64,000 bases of DNA, from assembly GCA_964016885.1 (NCBI GenBank), contig OZ024741.1:394196001-394260000 (forward strand). The letters run 5' to 3'. Of the stretch, positions 12,511 to 25,870 are shown one piece after another; position 1 is the first letter of the stretch; each line of letters begins with the position of its first letter. The stretch comes from Eledone cirrhosa. Its lineage: Eukaryota. Below the pieces are notes generated by a model. It had not been told where the DNA came from, did not search any database, and was given only the letters and a program-made list of their open reading frames with translations. Made by a program: the position numbers and the translations under genes.

Positions 12511-12602
12511 GATATTTTTCTTCCTCATAATCGTCTCTTTCTCCCTGTTTTCATATATATATATATATCCTAACTCGTGTGCCTCCTCTCCACATTTTAT
12601 TT

Positions 12603-12687
<85 letters not shown>

Positions 12688-13054
12688 AAATAACAGATTA
12701 AAGTTTAAGCAAAGAATCGCTGCTTTCATCCTTATATATTTGATATATATTTATCCTTATCGAGCCCTCTTTGGATTTTAGTCTTCACATTTATTATTAT
12801 TACTATATATATATAACGAAGGAAGTGTGGTAAGGAACCAGATGGACCATACCGCACCAGAATACTCAATACTTAGGGTAATAGAGTGGGTAATAGGAAA
12901 ATGTTATTTGGTCAGGGATTGTGATCAGGCTCTTTATACTGAAGTTGCTTGAGATTTTATATATCCTCAGGGAACGATATTTTATCTACCAGTTAGTGAT
13001 ATGTAAAATATTTTCTATATATATATGTCTGCTTCTCTGACGCATTTTAATTGC

Positions 13055-13148
<94 letters not shown>

Positions 13149-13544
13149 GAAAATGGATGCCATATACAAATTGGCTGTGGACAACATGCAATTTATTGCT
13201 GGAAAATTCAAGCCCTACGATATCAACCTGCAAACACAAGGACAGTACAACAAAACTACACAGGACGAGGAGGGACCGAAATCCTCGTGTCGAACTCAAT
13301 ACGAGACTTGAGTATAAACATGAGTGACGATGCATCATTTTATTCGCACATGAATTTCTCTGCATGGGGAGTGGCTGGTGTCTGCAGTTATTGTTGTACT
13401 GTTGGATATAGTTTTGGTTGCGGCTGTTGGTTTTACTTTTGTACCCAGTGGGCACTTGGTATGGCCAGCCAAGTGCGCCAAATACCAGGCGGTGGCTTTG
13501 GCAATTACAGTAGTTTACAAACTATTAAATAAAAAAAAATTCCC

Positions 13545-14285
13545 TGCACTAATATGAAATGCATAGTCTACATTAAGCCCACAAACTAACTGCAAAACGT
13601 AATATACAGCATACGATGTATTGAGGGACCGTGTAGGAATAAGAACACAACATACATAGGCGAAACAGTCTGTAGCATAGGAGAAAGAATAAGTGAACAC
13701 TAGTGAGAACTCCAAGATGGGAAAAAATCATCAGTACTGCAACAACATGCCAAAATAGAACATAGGGGCACATGTGAGAAAATAGAGTAGAAATTATACC
13801 CACATACAGAAACGATGCAATGCTCAGTCAAATCACAGAGGCGACAAACATAAACGAACTCCAACCAAAATTAAACAGAAAACATGAGTGGAATAGCAAC
13901 ATCACAACTAGTAACTAAGGACAAGATGAAGACATACAGACACACACAAAAACTAAACTAACAAAAACAACCCAGACACACACACAGATAGAACAAACAA
14001 CCAATTAGTGACAAGTAAATAAACACACACACCCCTGATGTAACGCATGCGTAAACTAACCACACAACACACAAGATGGTGTAGGACGAAGGAGACACAG
14101 AATAAGAAATCAGTCACTGAGGAGGTCACGGAATGTGTATCGAAAGAGCTTTGACAATAAATAAGCAACTATCCGGTTATTGAACCAACCAACCAACTGG
14201 AAATTTATAATAAATTGAAGTGAAATCCAACAGGTGCGTGTGTTTTTATTGGCAGCGTGACCTTCCCAAAGTATAACAATATATA
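13545..14285 (+). mobile_element. PLE 3' part: decayed GIY-YIG endonuclease plus tail
   Basis: VIYSIRC...C...TYIGET...ERISEH...MLSQITEA..I...PKLNRKHEWN, followed by a CA-rich UTR with an HHR. The tail matches 23600-23790, 35890-36030 and 53680-53890. Confidence 0.75.
14113..14155 (+). ncRNA. Minimal hammerhead ribozyme (family H2)
   Basis: gtca CTGAGGA ggtcacggaatgtgtatc GAAA gagc TT tgac. Confidence 0.65.
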
Positions 14286-14367
14286 TATATATATTAGGTA
14301 TTAATTTAACAATGAAAATAATAACAACAAAGTCGAGTTATTTTACCTATTCATATATATATATATA

Positions 14368-14775
14368 TGATGGCTGTCCCCTCGTTATCGAGTATGGCAA
14401 TTACGGGGTCGATAAAATAAAGTACCAGTAATGCACTGGGTATTTGCTGGCCTTGTGCCTAACGTAGAAACAATTATTAGTAATTATCAATTAATTCTAT
14501 CGTGCAATGCCTGTGCATGAAGATTTTTTTTAAAGTGAGGAAAGACTGTGCACTGAGCCAATCCCACTCTCTGAGCGACAGTAGCTATAACCAGAAAAGA
14601 AGAAAAGATCAACATCATCGGTAACTACTGAGCCGCAGGTTTTATATCGGAGTTATCCCAGTTTCCTGAATTGCCTTCTAGAAGAATGCCCTGACAAAGG
14701 CTAGGCGTCCTTCACTCCCAGTGGTTTAACCGCGCGTTCGGGTGTCCAGCCCGACTATTTCCATATCCCCGCGCA
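14368..14775 (-). repeat. RTE-5'UTR-like module with an embedded SINE-A 3' fragment (14403-14478)
   Basis: Reverse complement of 5205-5560. Confidence 0.7.
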
Positions 14776-16824
14776 TATACATACACATGAGCACATGCAT
14801 ATACATATATATATATACATGTGTATATTGATAGGTATGTATACAGCCGTTCAACCAGTAAGAAATAGCACCCGTATCTCCATCAGATCCCACCCTGCAG
14901 TTTTCAATATTTAAGACATAGTGTTCTGAGTAGAATGAACGTTTCATGACCGTAATTCATGGCCGTAATTATGATATCGTTCTGTGCTTGAGGAAGACAC
15001 TTTATTTTGCGTTGTTCGAGTCCACCTAGCGGATAAAAAATGAGTTGTACCTGTAATTCAGTGAGTTGAACCTGAATGCATTAGTGAGTTTCAAGCTGCA
15101 TGTCTCTATGAATTACATTATTATCCACGGACTAGCTGATTCGGAATACTCAGCCACTTACAATTTAATTCCACGAACAGGTTGATTCGTTTTTCGAACA
15201 ACTAGAACACTCCTGGTTGTCCAACACACCTTGCAGTTTTCAAAAAGGAATCGTACGTGTATATAAAAATAGATATACAAAAAGATACGATAGTCGAAGC
15301 CTATAACCAACATCATTAGCAAGGATTTTTTTATTTATTTAATAGTTTGTAAACTACTGTAATAGCAAAAACCGCCGCCTAGCATTTGGCATCCTTGGTT
15401 AGTCATACAAGGAGCACCCTCTTTTCCTATTTATGTTTTTTTTTTACACTTCTTGCTTAGACCCACCAAGAAAATGACTAAGCCTGCATTTTCCACTACA
15501 TATTCCATGTTCAGCCATCCTACATCATGCGCTGAACATCGTACGTCCTTCTCACTGCTTTGAGTGTTTCCACAACGTTGGTACGGACAAAGATGTTTAG
15601 TGATCTATTGATCGCAAGAAATTATTATATATTTAAGTTAATTATACAAAATTTAATAAAACTGAGATCCTTTATCGTTCAATAATGCAACTGATTATTC
15701 GGCCCAATGGTAATGCTGGCTTTGATACTAGTTTAATAAACATGTATTAAGTATAAAGAAGCCATAGAAATGTTTATGTAATTTCATTAAAACCGAAATG
15801 CCTAACGAAATAAAATGAATGCAGTTAACATATTAGAAAATGTCAGAAGAGATATTTAAACAATAATTGGCTTTACCTCTAAGGAAGTGAACGTCAACAC
15901 CAACATATAGAAACTGCAGTAATTAGATATCTAACAGCAGACGATATCCTAAGACTACTCAAAAGTACACCAAGAAAATTCGAGTGAACTAAATTAAATA
16001 TTATATTGACAAACATGGTGACACAATAGTAGTTTAAATGTATTTCCTCACAGCTGCAATATTGTTTCTATTGATCATTTTTAATTCAGAAAATATATAA
16101 ATGCAAACATCTCCCTCATTTCCCTTCTTTTCTATTTGATTTTGTTCACGAAGACAGTCATAAAATAAAATAAATCCCAATAATTATACAAAAGGGACAA
16201 TATTAAACAGGCGCCGAAAGCGAAAGCTGATTCTTCTAGATATTGATATTGAAATGATCAGGCAAATGGAATGAAATGAAAATCAATGAAGCTACATATT
16301 TAATAAAATACATGTTTTTTTTTAAATTGTAAAAAGAAGGTAATTGTTTGTTATAAATTGTTTACTTACACTGGCATAAAACAAAATATGGGGTTTTGTA
16401 AACGAGGCAAGATGTCGTAAGTTTTAAGTAACAACGCTCTAAGACGATATTCTCTATATCAAAGTGTTCTACAATTTCGGAGTGCACGCAGCATAGCAAA
16501 ATTCGATCTCACTACGTCACAGCTTGGGCAAGTGTCATTTACTATAGTCTCGGGTGGAACGATGCCTTGTAAATGAAACTGGCAGACTGATAATGTTTGG
16601 AAGTCCGTCAGATTGACTGCACTTGTATGTGACGTTGAGTCTCCTCGAGGAGTACCTTAAGGGTATACGTGTCTGTGGAATGATCAGCCACTTACACATT
16701 AATTTCGGGAAAAGGCTGTTCTGTTAATCAAGCAACTGGAACAATTATCGTTGAAACTGATGGAGATCCCATCCCACAACTTTGGATCAAAACTTTATAT
16801 TACGGGAATGGAGCTATATCTGTA

Positions 16825-17091
16825 AATATATGTCAAATAAATCGAGAATGTATTTCTGAGGTAAAGTCAACACAAAAGGCTCAATAGACCTAGGAAATAG
16901 TATGGTGTGGACTCCTAACTCTTGAGAGTGTCGTATGGGTGCCATATTGACATACACACCGTATGTCAATATGGCACCCATACGATACTCTCAAGAGTTA
17001 GGAGTCCACACCATACTATTTCCTAGGTCTATTGAGCCTTTTGTGTTGACTTTACCTCAGAAATACATTCTCGATTTATTTGACATATATT
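16825..17091. repeat. Near-perfect 267-bp palindrome, 5-nt loop
   Basis: ...gccatattgacatac acacc gtatgtcaatatggc..., arms ~131 bp, one mismatch noticed. Confidence 0.95.
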
Positions 17092-18714
17092 AGGACATTT
17101 TTTTTAAAACCAGGTTTGAATACAGCAGATTTATTCAAGAGAAAGGGAGAGAGTGATATAGAGAAAATGAGAAAGGTATATAGAGGAAGAATCGACCCCC
17201 AGTACTGACTAGTTCTTTTTTTATTGACCTCGAATGGATGAAAGGCAAAGTTGACCTCGGCGAGATTTGAACAGAAAGAGTAGAGAGCCGGATCGAATAC
17301 CGCAAAGCTCTGTATCCGACTGTAATGGAACTACGTCATGACTCGCAATAGCAACATTTTCATATGCAATAAGGTTAAACAGACCAATGGTAAGTCGCGT
17401 ATGAATACATTGTCTCTCTCTCTCGTGAAAACCACTGTACGAGAAGGGAAGAAGATGAAGCGGACTACGAAAGCGAGAAGACTCATTACAGTTTGACTCC
17501 TACTATATTCCTTCCATAATCCTGTTAGAAGGAGTATAACAGTCATCGACAAACCATGTTCTCTTTTCTGTCAATTGTTCAGCTACTGTTGATCTACTAT
17601 TGAGATATTCTATTGCCCGTACGGAAATCAACTTTCGACAATAAAATTATATTTATAGAGGATTGAACGTTAAAGAGATATTTATTTATATCCTGGAAGT
17701 CAGAAGCATGTCACTGCAAATAAGAAGCAACAAAGTCATCGACTAAGGTATTTCTCTTATTATCGTGTGTAAAAACAAGATCCTTGGAAGATTTCAACTT
17801 GTAGATATAAAAAGATATAGGTAATATTTAACTCCTCAGCCTTCCTATACGACGTTTTAACAATTCTGCCAATTCGCCGCCTAGGAGATGCTGGAACGAT
17901 GTATGAAATATATAATGTAAACGGAATTAACTCATTGAATATTTACATATGAAAATAAATATATATCTTTAAAAAATCATTTTCAATTGATTAGCGAGTG
18001 ACATAAACCACGTGCAAATTCCTGATTAATAATGATCGTTTGTGTCTGGATTTCACTCTAATCACCCTGGAAAAGGAATTGTCGTCATAACATAGTATAT
18101 ATGTCCCAGTACGGGTTTGTATCTAGTCTAAACTGTCTTTTATACTTATTTGAATCTATTAGTAAACAGTTGTAGATAATATTAAAAGTATCTTTGTTAA
18201 ATAATAAACAGGAAGATAGAAAACAAGAGAAAAAGGGATGCATTCATGAGTTTTATATCGAATAATAATAATTGTTTCTACTTTTGGCACAAGGCCAACA
18301 ATTACTCAGTACATTACTGGTACTTTATTTTATCGACCCCGCAAGGATCCGATTATTTGCAAAAAGTGATGCTAAATTTTTAAAAAGAGAAGGGAAAGCA
18401 TGTGCATCCCACAGACACGATAGCAAAACCATTGCCGCGGAGAACAGCCAATAACACTCACTGCATCAGCCATTCCACCTCACGGAACCCTTCCTCAGGT
18501 ATGATGCACTTCTTCCGATTTTGTGGACGAAAACAACATTCCGGGGGCCAAGACACGTTAGGTCTCGATGGCAACCGGCACAAAAAATAATCGGTCGGTC
18601 AAAACCAAGTATTTGTTTATGTTCCTCTCTTCTATGTTACGGAGCGTGGTGCTTGGCTTTGTGGTCGAGGCGATGGTGTGGGCACCGGAGAATGTCTCTT
18701 TTCCTAAACCTTTC

Positions 18715-19010
18715 TGATTAGTGGTTAGGGTGTTCAGCCAACGATCGTAAGATCCTGAGTTCGATTCTAAACCGAGCGGTACGTTGTATCCTTGAACAAG
18801 ACGCTTTATTTCACGTTGCTCTAATACACTCAGATAACAAACATAAGTTGTACCTGTAATTGAAAGGGACAGCCTTATCACACCTTGTGTCGCGCTGAAT
18901 CTCCCTTAACTACATTAAAGGTTAAATGTGTCTATGGAATGCTCAGTCACTTATAAGTTGATTTCATAAGCAGGAAGTTTCGTTGATTGAGTCAACTGGA
19001 GCACTTATTA
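18715..19010 (+). mobile_element. tRNA-derived SINE family B (relatives at 14940-15230, 19450-19660, 24880-25110 minus, 63405-63560 minus)
   Basis: A-box tagtggttagg, B-box gagttcgattc, core gtatccttgaacaagacgctttatttcacgttgctc. Confidence 0.7.
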
Positions 19011-19074
19011 GAAACGACAACAACAACAACAGACAGACAGACATAATATAGTGAAAACGCAATGTTATCTGTAC

Positions 19075-19272
19075 CAAAATGTTCTGAAGACATTTCAAAT
19101 GAATGGCGTCAGACCTGTTAAATGACTGAATATTGTATGAAGTATGAATATTAAATTGTCCAAACTCAGAAGTTGTCATGGTGAAGTTGCACATAAGAAA
19201 TTCATTATCTGACTTATCTGCTTCCGAATTGAGGCCTGCAGTTAACTTAATCTGACACAAATCAAAAGGTAC
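19075..19272 (-). CDS. Candidate internal exon of a host gene (198 bp, phase 0-0)
   Basis: Acceptor ctctctcaatttaacAG, donor ttg|GTacag, open frame VPFDLCQIKLTAGLNS...KCLQNIL, non-repetitive sequence. Confidence 0.4.
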
Positions 19273-20561
19273 CTGTTAAATTGAGAGAGTGGTTCAATTA
19301 TACCTATGCGGATATAATTGATCTACTCTCCCAATTTACAGTCGTGCTAACATGTTGACCCTGAAAATGATATTGTATCCATGACAAAAGAAGGTATAAC
19401 AGCTGATTCTTTTATACTTTCATCAAAAATCGGAATCAACTATTAATGTGTGTGGTTTATTGGTTACATTGTCTGGCTCATGACCGTGAGTTCGATCCGG
19501 GCAGCACGTTATATCCTTCAAGCTATTAAGCTGGCAAATGAGCTGTACTTGTCACACTTTGTCTCACGCTGAATATCCCCACGTATCTGTAGAATGTCAA
19601 ACTACTTGCACGTTAATTTCATAAGCAGGCTGTTTCGTCAGAAACGACGGGGCTCCAACACCGGTATTTATCAAACGGTGTTAATGATATCAGTTTTGGA
19701 GAAGATTATTTTCCCACATAAAGGAAACACTTTTCTGGCGTTTGATATGCGAAAGGAATTAAAGGTCACAGTAGAAAGTGTTACATCTTGTGTTTTATTT
19801 CCTAGGGTAGTTTATAGTGACTGATTTTTGAAAAAGTGTTTTATAAAAACGTTTGCTTGCTTTTTGAGTGTGGCTAAGTTAGATAAGGTTTTTTTTTTTA
19901 TTGTTAGTTGTTGTGGAGTTGTTGATCCTCCTATGTTTTATGATGTCTTATGATGGTGGTGGGCAGGAGATCGAAGAAATAATTGGGAATTGTTTGCCTG
20001 TGTGATTATAGTAGTTGGTGTGTGCAGTAGGTGATGTGTGGAGACAAGATATTGTAATTAGTTAGAGTATGTTGGTTGTTTAAGATCTAAAGGGAGTTAG
20101 TGTGTGTTTTATGCAATAAAGACTATATGTTCATACTTGTCGGTGACTGCCATGATTTTTGCAGTATATATATAGTGTGCATGTGAGTGTGTGTGTATGG
20201 CAAGATTTTGAGTGGTACAAGCGAATGTTATTGTCTAGAAACCTCCTGTGAGATACAACCACCTCTCAACCTACAAGGTGTGAGGCGTAACAACAATACG
20301 AGGGAGTAGCTTAAGGAAAATCTGTCTGCTATATCTAGCTGATCGAGCAACGACTTATTTATGCTCTCCTTCACTCCTGTAACTAAAATATTAAACATAT
20401 AAATACAATACTATATACCACCTTAAAAACAATTCAGTTTGTTAAATTAGCTTGTGAAGTGAACAGACGCCCAAAGTCAGTAATTTCCCGGAAAGGAGTA
20501 CCATGAAAAACGTGTTCGCTCATCCATATTTTTAATTCATGCCTGCACAACCTTCAATAAT

Positions 20562-21391
20562 AAAAGTAAAAATAATTAAATATATACATACACACATCTA
20601 CATACCTATATACACGTGCATACGCGAAGACATCCGCCATGCATGCATACACGTACACATAAATGCACGTACACATAAACACGCGCGCGCATACAGAAAC
20701 CGGCGCGACACATATACCCGCACACATACGAACGTATACACCAAATACACATATAAATATGTGTGTGTGTGTGTATACATATAATTATATATACATTTAT
20801 AAATATACACGCATAAATGCGTATATAACGCACACACACATACCTACAGGTAAATACACATATGTTCACCAAACGTACATATACCAAAACCCTATGTACA
20901 CATATACACACCATACATACGTGCAAACACACATACACACTCATACATACCCATATATACACATATACAAAACATACAACTCATACACGTTTTGTATATG
21001 TGTATATATGGGTATGTATGAGTGTGTATGTGTATTTGCACGTATGTATGGTGTGTATATGTGTACATAGGGTTTTGGTATATGTACGGTTGGTGAACAT
21101 ATGTGTATTTACCTGTAGGTATGTGTGTTTGTGTGCGTTATATACACTTTTATTCGTGTATATTTATATATGTATATATAATCATATGTATACACACACA
21201 CACATATATTTATATGTGTGTTTGGTGTATACGTTCGTATGTGTGCGGATATATGTGTCGAGCCAGGTTTACGTGTGCGCGTGTTTATGTGTACGTGCAT
21301 GTATTTGCATGCATGGCGGGTGTTTTCGTGTATGCACGTGTATGTACGTATATGGATGTGTGTATGTATATATTTAATTATTATTACTTTT
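20562..21391. repeat. ~830-bp inverted duplication of (CA/TA)-rich low-complexity DNA
   Basis: Centre ~20980 (catatacaaaac...gttttgtatatg). Unique landmarks are mirrored (cctacaggtaaatacac / gtgtatttacctgtagg). Confidence 0.85.
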
Positions 21392-21395
21392 ATGT

Positions 21396-21581
21396 GGATT
21401 GGCAGTATCGGTAGAGGGTTGGACACCATGCTTTGACGCATAGAGTTACGGCCCTTTCCATTCTGAGTTCAAATCCCGCCGAGGTTAACTTTGCCTTTCA
21501 TCCTTACGGGGTCAATAAAATAAAGTACCAATAATACACTGGGTAATTGCTGGCCTTGTGCCAAAAGTAGAAACAATTATT
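21396..21581 (+). mobile_element. SINE family A, full length
   Basis: ggattggcagtatcggtagagg...gagttcaaatcccgccgagg...gtagaaacaattatt. Confidence 0.9.
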
Positions 21582-21911
21582 CTTAACTCCGAAGCAGAGA
21601 ATCATTCGGTTTCCTAAATAGAATATTAGTTTACGACTCCATTTATACGTGGTTTTGTCTTTGCGTGTATTTATTCTCATAACGACGTATTATCTTCACT
21701 TTTTTCCGTTCATTGCCAGGGAACGTCTTCATGAACCAAAATATCGTCTTCCTGTTTTCCTTCGGTTGTAACGTTTTTCGATTGCAACGTTTTTCGAAAT
21801 ATTTACTCTGCGTTCACAGATTGTTTTTTTTTTTTTTTTAGTTTTAGAAGATCCCGTTAAGGGTGAAAGCAGCGATTCTTTGCTTAAACTTTAATCTGTT
21901 ACTTTAATATA

Positions 21912-22770
21912 TACTAGCAGAATGGCCCGGCGTTGCTCGGGATTTGCTCTATATATTTGATATATATTTATCCTTACCGAGCCTCGTGAAATAAATACGT
22001 TTGTTTATATTTTGTTATTGTGTATGAAATAAATACGTTTGTTTATATATTGTTATATATATATATATTAAAATAACAGATTAAAGTTTAAGCAAAGAAT
22101 CGCTGCTTTCACCATTAACGGGATCTTCTGAAACTAAAAAAAATCAATCTGTGAACGCAGAAAATGAATCGCTGCTTTCATCCTTAACAGGATCTTCTAC
22201 CTAAAAGCAGTATGAAGTACACTAAGACTAACTGATGTAATCGTTGGCCTTGTTTGTTTATATTTTGTTTTTGTGTATGCAAAAATATCTGTACACGAAT
22301 ATCTATATCAAAATAACATATTAAAGTTTAAGCAAAGAATCGCTGCTTTCACCCTTAACGGGATCTACTGAAACTAAAAAAATCAATCTGTGAACGCAGA
22401 TGTAAATATTTCGAAAAACGTTGCAACCAAAGGAAAACAGGAAGACGATACTTTGGTTCGTGAAGACGTTCCCTGGCATAACAATATATATATATACACA
22501 CACACTATATATACATATATACACACACATACTGATCGCGTCATAATGACGTAATGCAGAGAGCCAGGCATACGGACAGATATTATAAAGACGCGACGTC
22601 ATATCTATGTATCTATCTAAAAAGAGAAAAACTAAGAGAGAGAGAAAGAGATCGCTAAGTATTACATGTGTAAAGTTTGAAAACAATCGGTTGGGTGGTT
22701 CTCGAGTTTTAGTGATTGTACAGACAAACAGACAGACAAACAGACATTCTCTGTTTTAGTAATATAAATA
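21912..22770 (+). mobile_element. Helentron/Lep1/DINE-like non-autonomous element
   Basis: Starts tactagcagaatggcccggcgttgctcggg (short palindrome). Ends aaagtttgaaaacaatcggttgggtggttctcgag...(gaca)n...ttttagtaatata. Confidence 0.6.
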
Positions 22771-22777
22771 TATCTAT

Positions 22778-23141
22778 CTAGGGCGCGTAAAATTTCCGAG
22801 ATCCATGGACGAATTCTCTCCAGCGGTCTCTGTCCCTCATTATCGCTGCCATCTCCAACAGACCAGTGTCTGTCCTTAGGGCATCAACATATGTTAACCT
22901 CGGTCTTCCTCTTCCAATGTGTCCATGCAGGGGCTCCCACAGGAGCACTGAGTGCAGTGTCAACTATGGATGTCGGTGAGCATGTTCAGCTAACCTCCAG
23001 TCTCCTCTGTGTACAGCTCTGAGTTCTTCATCCTCAGTGTATACTGATTAATGTTCAGAGCCATCCTCAGCATTCTCGTGTAGCACCCATCCACCATCTG
23101 AGTGAGTTTCTTGGTCAGTGTCCTAGTCTCAGACCCGTACA

Positions 23142-23145
<4 letters not shown>
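22778..23145 (-). pseudogene. RTE-clade LINE 3' fragment
   Basis: LLYGSET...DGCYTRMLRMALNI and LLWEP..GRGRPRLTYVD...MRDRDRWR. Confidence 0.8.
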
Positions 23146-23203
<58 letters not shown>

Positions 23204-23259
23204 TACATACATACATACATACATACATACATACATACATACATACATACATACATACA

Positions 23260-23290
<31 letters not shown>

Positions 23291-23496
23291 CGTTTCTGAA
23301 TTTGTTTAGCAAGATTCTCTATCTGAAAACGTGTGTTGAAACCGATATTATACTTTGGGAGGGTCATGTTGCCAATAAGAAACACACGCACCAGTTGCTT
23401 TCACTTCAATTTATTATAATAAATTTATAAAATTTAGGAATTTATAAATTTCCGGTTGGTTGGTTGGTTCCACAACCAGATGGTTGTTTATATATT

Positions 23497-23539
23497 GTCA
23501 AAGTTCTTTCGTCACACATTCTGTGACCTCTTCAGTGAC
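23497..23539 (-). ncRNA. Minimal hammerhead ribozyme (H2)
   Basis: gtca CTGAAGA g gtcac agaatgt gtgac GAAA gaac TT tgac. Confidence 0.72.
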
Positions 23540-23615
23540 TGGGGGTTCTTTTCTTTGTTTTTGTTTTTGTTTTGTTTTGTTTGGAGAGACACAAAAAACA
23601 AAGAAAAGAACCCCA

Positions 23616-23658
23616 GTCACTGAAGAGGTCACAGAATGTGTAACGAAAGAACTTTGAC
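23616..23658 (+). ncRNA. Minimal hammerhead ribozyme (H2)
   Basis: gtca CTGAAGA ggtcacagaatgtgtaac GAAA gaac TT tgac. Confidence 0.68.
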
Positions 23659-23856
23659 AATATATAAACAACCACCTGGTTGTGGAACCAACCAACCAAC
23701 CGGAAATTTATAAATAAATAATAAATTGAAGTGAAAGCAACTGGTGCGTGTGTTTCTTATTGGCAACATGACCCTCCCAAAGTATAACAATATATATATA
23801 TGTATCTATATATGTATGTATGGATATATGTGTGTATATGTATGTATATGTACATA

Positions 23857-23905
<49 letters not shown>

Positions 23906-25138
23906 TTGTGCGTGTATATGTATATATGTGTGTGTGTTTGTGCGTGTATATGTATATATATGTATATGTGTATGTTTGTATGCGTATGTGTATATATGGA
24001 TATATATATGTATTTGTGTGTGTATATGTGTCTGTGTTTGATGCGCATATATATCTATGTAAGTGTGTACGTATAGATGCGCTCATGTAGTTTATGTGTA
24101 TGTATGTATATTTGTATGTATATATATTTTTTCCGTTATAAGATGTTCCTTCCTTTTAACTCGACCTCACTTTCATTTTTAATAGATATCCCTTTCAAAA
24201 TTGATATCCAAAACATTATTGTGTGGAATGGAATTAACCTACGTCGGTTCCAACGTTGTGTGTTACAATTGTTAAAGTTGCTGTAGAGGCATTTCACAGG
24301 CACGTGAACCCATAACGTATTTTTCGGGGAGATTTAGCGTGAGACAGTGTGTGACACGACCAGCCCTTTGTATTACATATACAGAATACCCGACGAGCTT
24401 CCAAGCAGCTTCCTTCTGTCCAGTTTCAATCATAAGGTATGGGTCGACTCGATGCTATGGTAGATGACAATTGCTTATCATGTTAACCGGTGAAATCGAA
24501 CCCTCAAATTCGTGACCTAATGATTACGAAGTGAACTTAACCATTTCGCCATCCACTGTTAGATGCAGCATGACCAAATGGTTAAGTTCGCTTCGCAATC
24601 CAGATTCGAAGGTTCGATTCTACAGGGTAACATGCTGGGCAATTTTCATTTATCATAGCCCCGGGTCGACCGATGCCTTATGATTCAAATTGGGCATATA
24701 GGGTAAAGCTCCTTTTAGTTTTACCCTCCAAGGCACAAGCCTGTGCAAAGTGTTTTTGTGGTAACCAGCAGTCGCCTATGCATACCAGTCTCCCACTTGT
24801 ATACATTCTGTTGATTGCCAAAATAAAACACACAGATACTGCGACATCACACTTCCTACGGAAAAAAATGTTCTATATTGCTACCCGCTCCAGTAATCAA
24901 CAAGTTTTACAACATAACCTACATTGTACTTGGGAAAGGCTGATACCGCTTGGAATCAGCGACGTCGCAGCTCATTTCAACACCTGAATAAACTGGAGCA
25001 ACGTAAAATGAAATGTGTTGCTCAAAGACACAACGCATCGCCCGATCCAGGAATCGAATGCATATGCACAGGATTGTGAATTCCACTCTCTAACCACTAA
25101 GCCACGTGCCTTTATATTCATATATATAAATATATGTG

Positions 25139-25205
<67 letters not shown>

Positions 25206-25870
25206 ATGTGTGTGTGTTTGTGTGAGATTAACCAAGTATATCTGAGGGGGCACACATACACGTTATAGCTTCAGACATTCTTCTTTACCAAGTTTCAGCA
25301 CAAGAATACAAGAAAATATCCCTCTGATGTCTAATTTTATCTCTCTCCTACTTTTAAATATATGTTATCATAGACTAATATATGAAGAAACTTATACCAG
25401 TTTCAAATACTATTGCCTCAGAACAATATTATCACATATACACAACATACTGTGAACTTATTCTCATGCTACTATTCACGACCAACGTATACTTTTACTT
25501 TACAACGCAAAAATAAACAGGTTAGTGATTCTTGGCATGAAACAACTGAAGCATGTCTACAAGAGAAGCAACATTTATTTTCGTCTTTGTTTGTTTGTAT
25601 TTGTTGTTGTTTTTTTTAGTTTCTTCTCTTTTACCACCAACACCCACGTTACTTTTGGCCAGGTGTATTTATTTTAATTTTAATATTTTACACCTTTATT
25701 CCATGTATCTTAGTACCGTGTTTTTAGTTGTCCTTATTCCCCATCGGCTGCTGCTGCTATTTTACAGCAACCCCACCACCAGCACCTCGACTGAAAATGC
25801 TCGTTTTCTTTTTAGGTTAAAGTCAAAATTCTTGATCTATCCCAACATTCAGCTGAATGTTGGTTTAGAT

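Larger units (their letters stand above)
23289..23792. mobile_element. Head-to-head inverted pair of PLE tails
   Basis: 23346-23560 is the reverse complement of 23590-23792. Flanked by (TACA)n and (TA)n. Confidence 0.9.
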
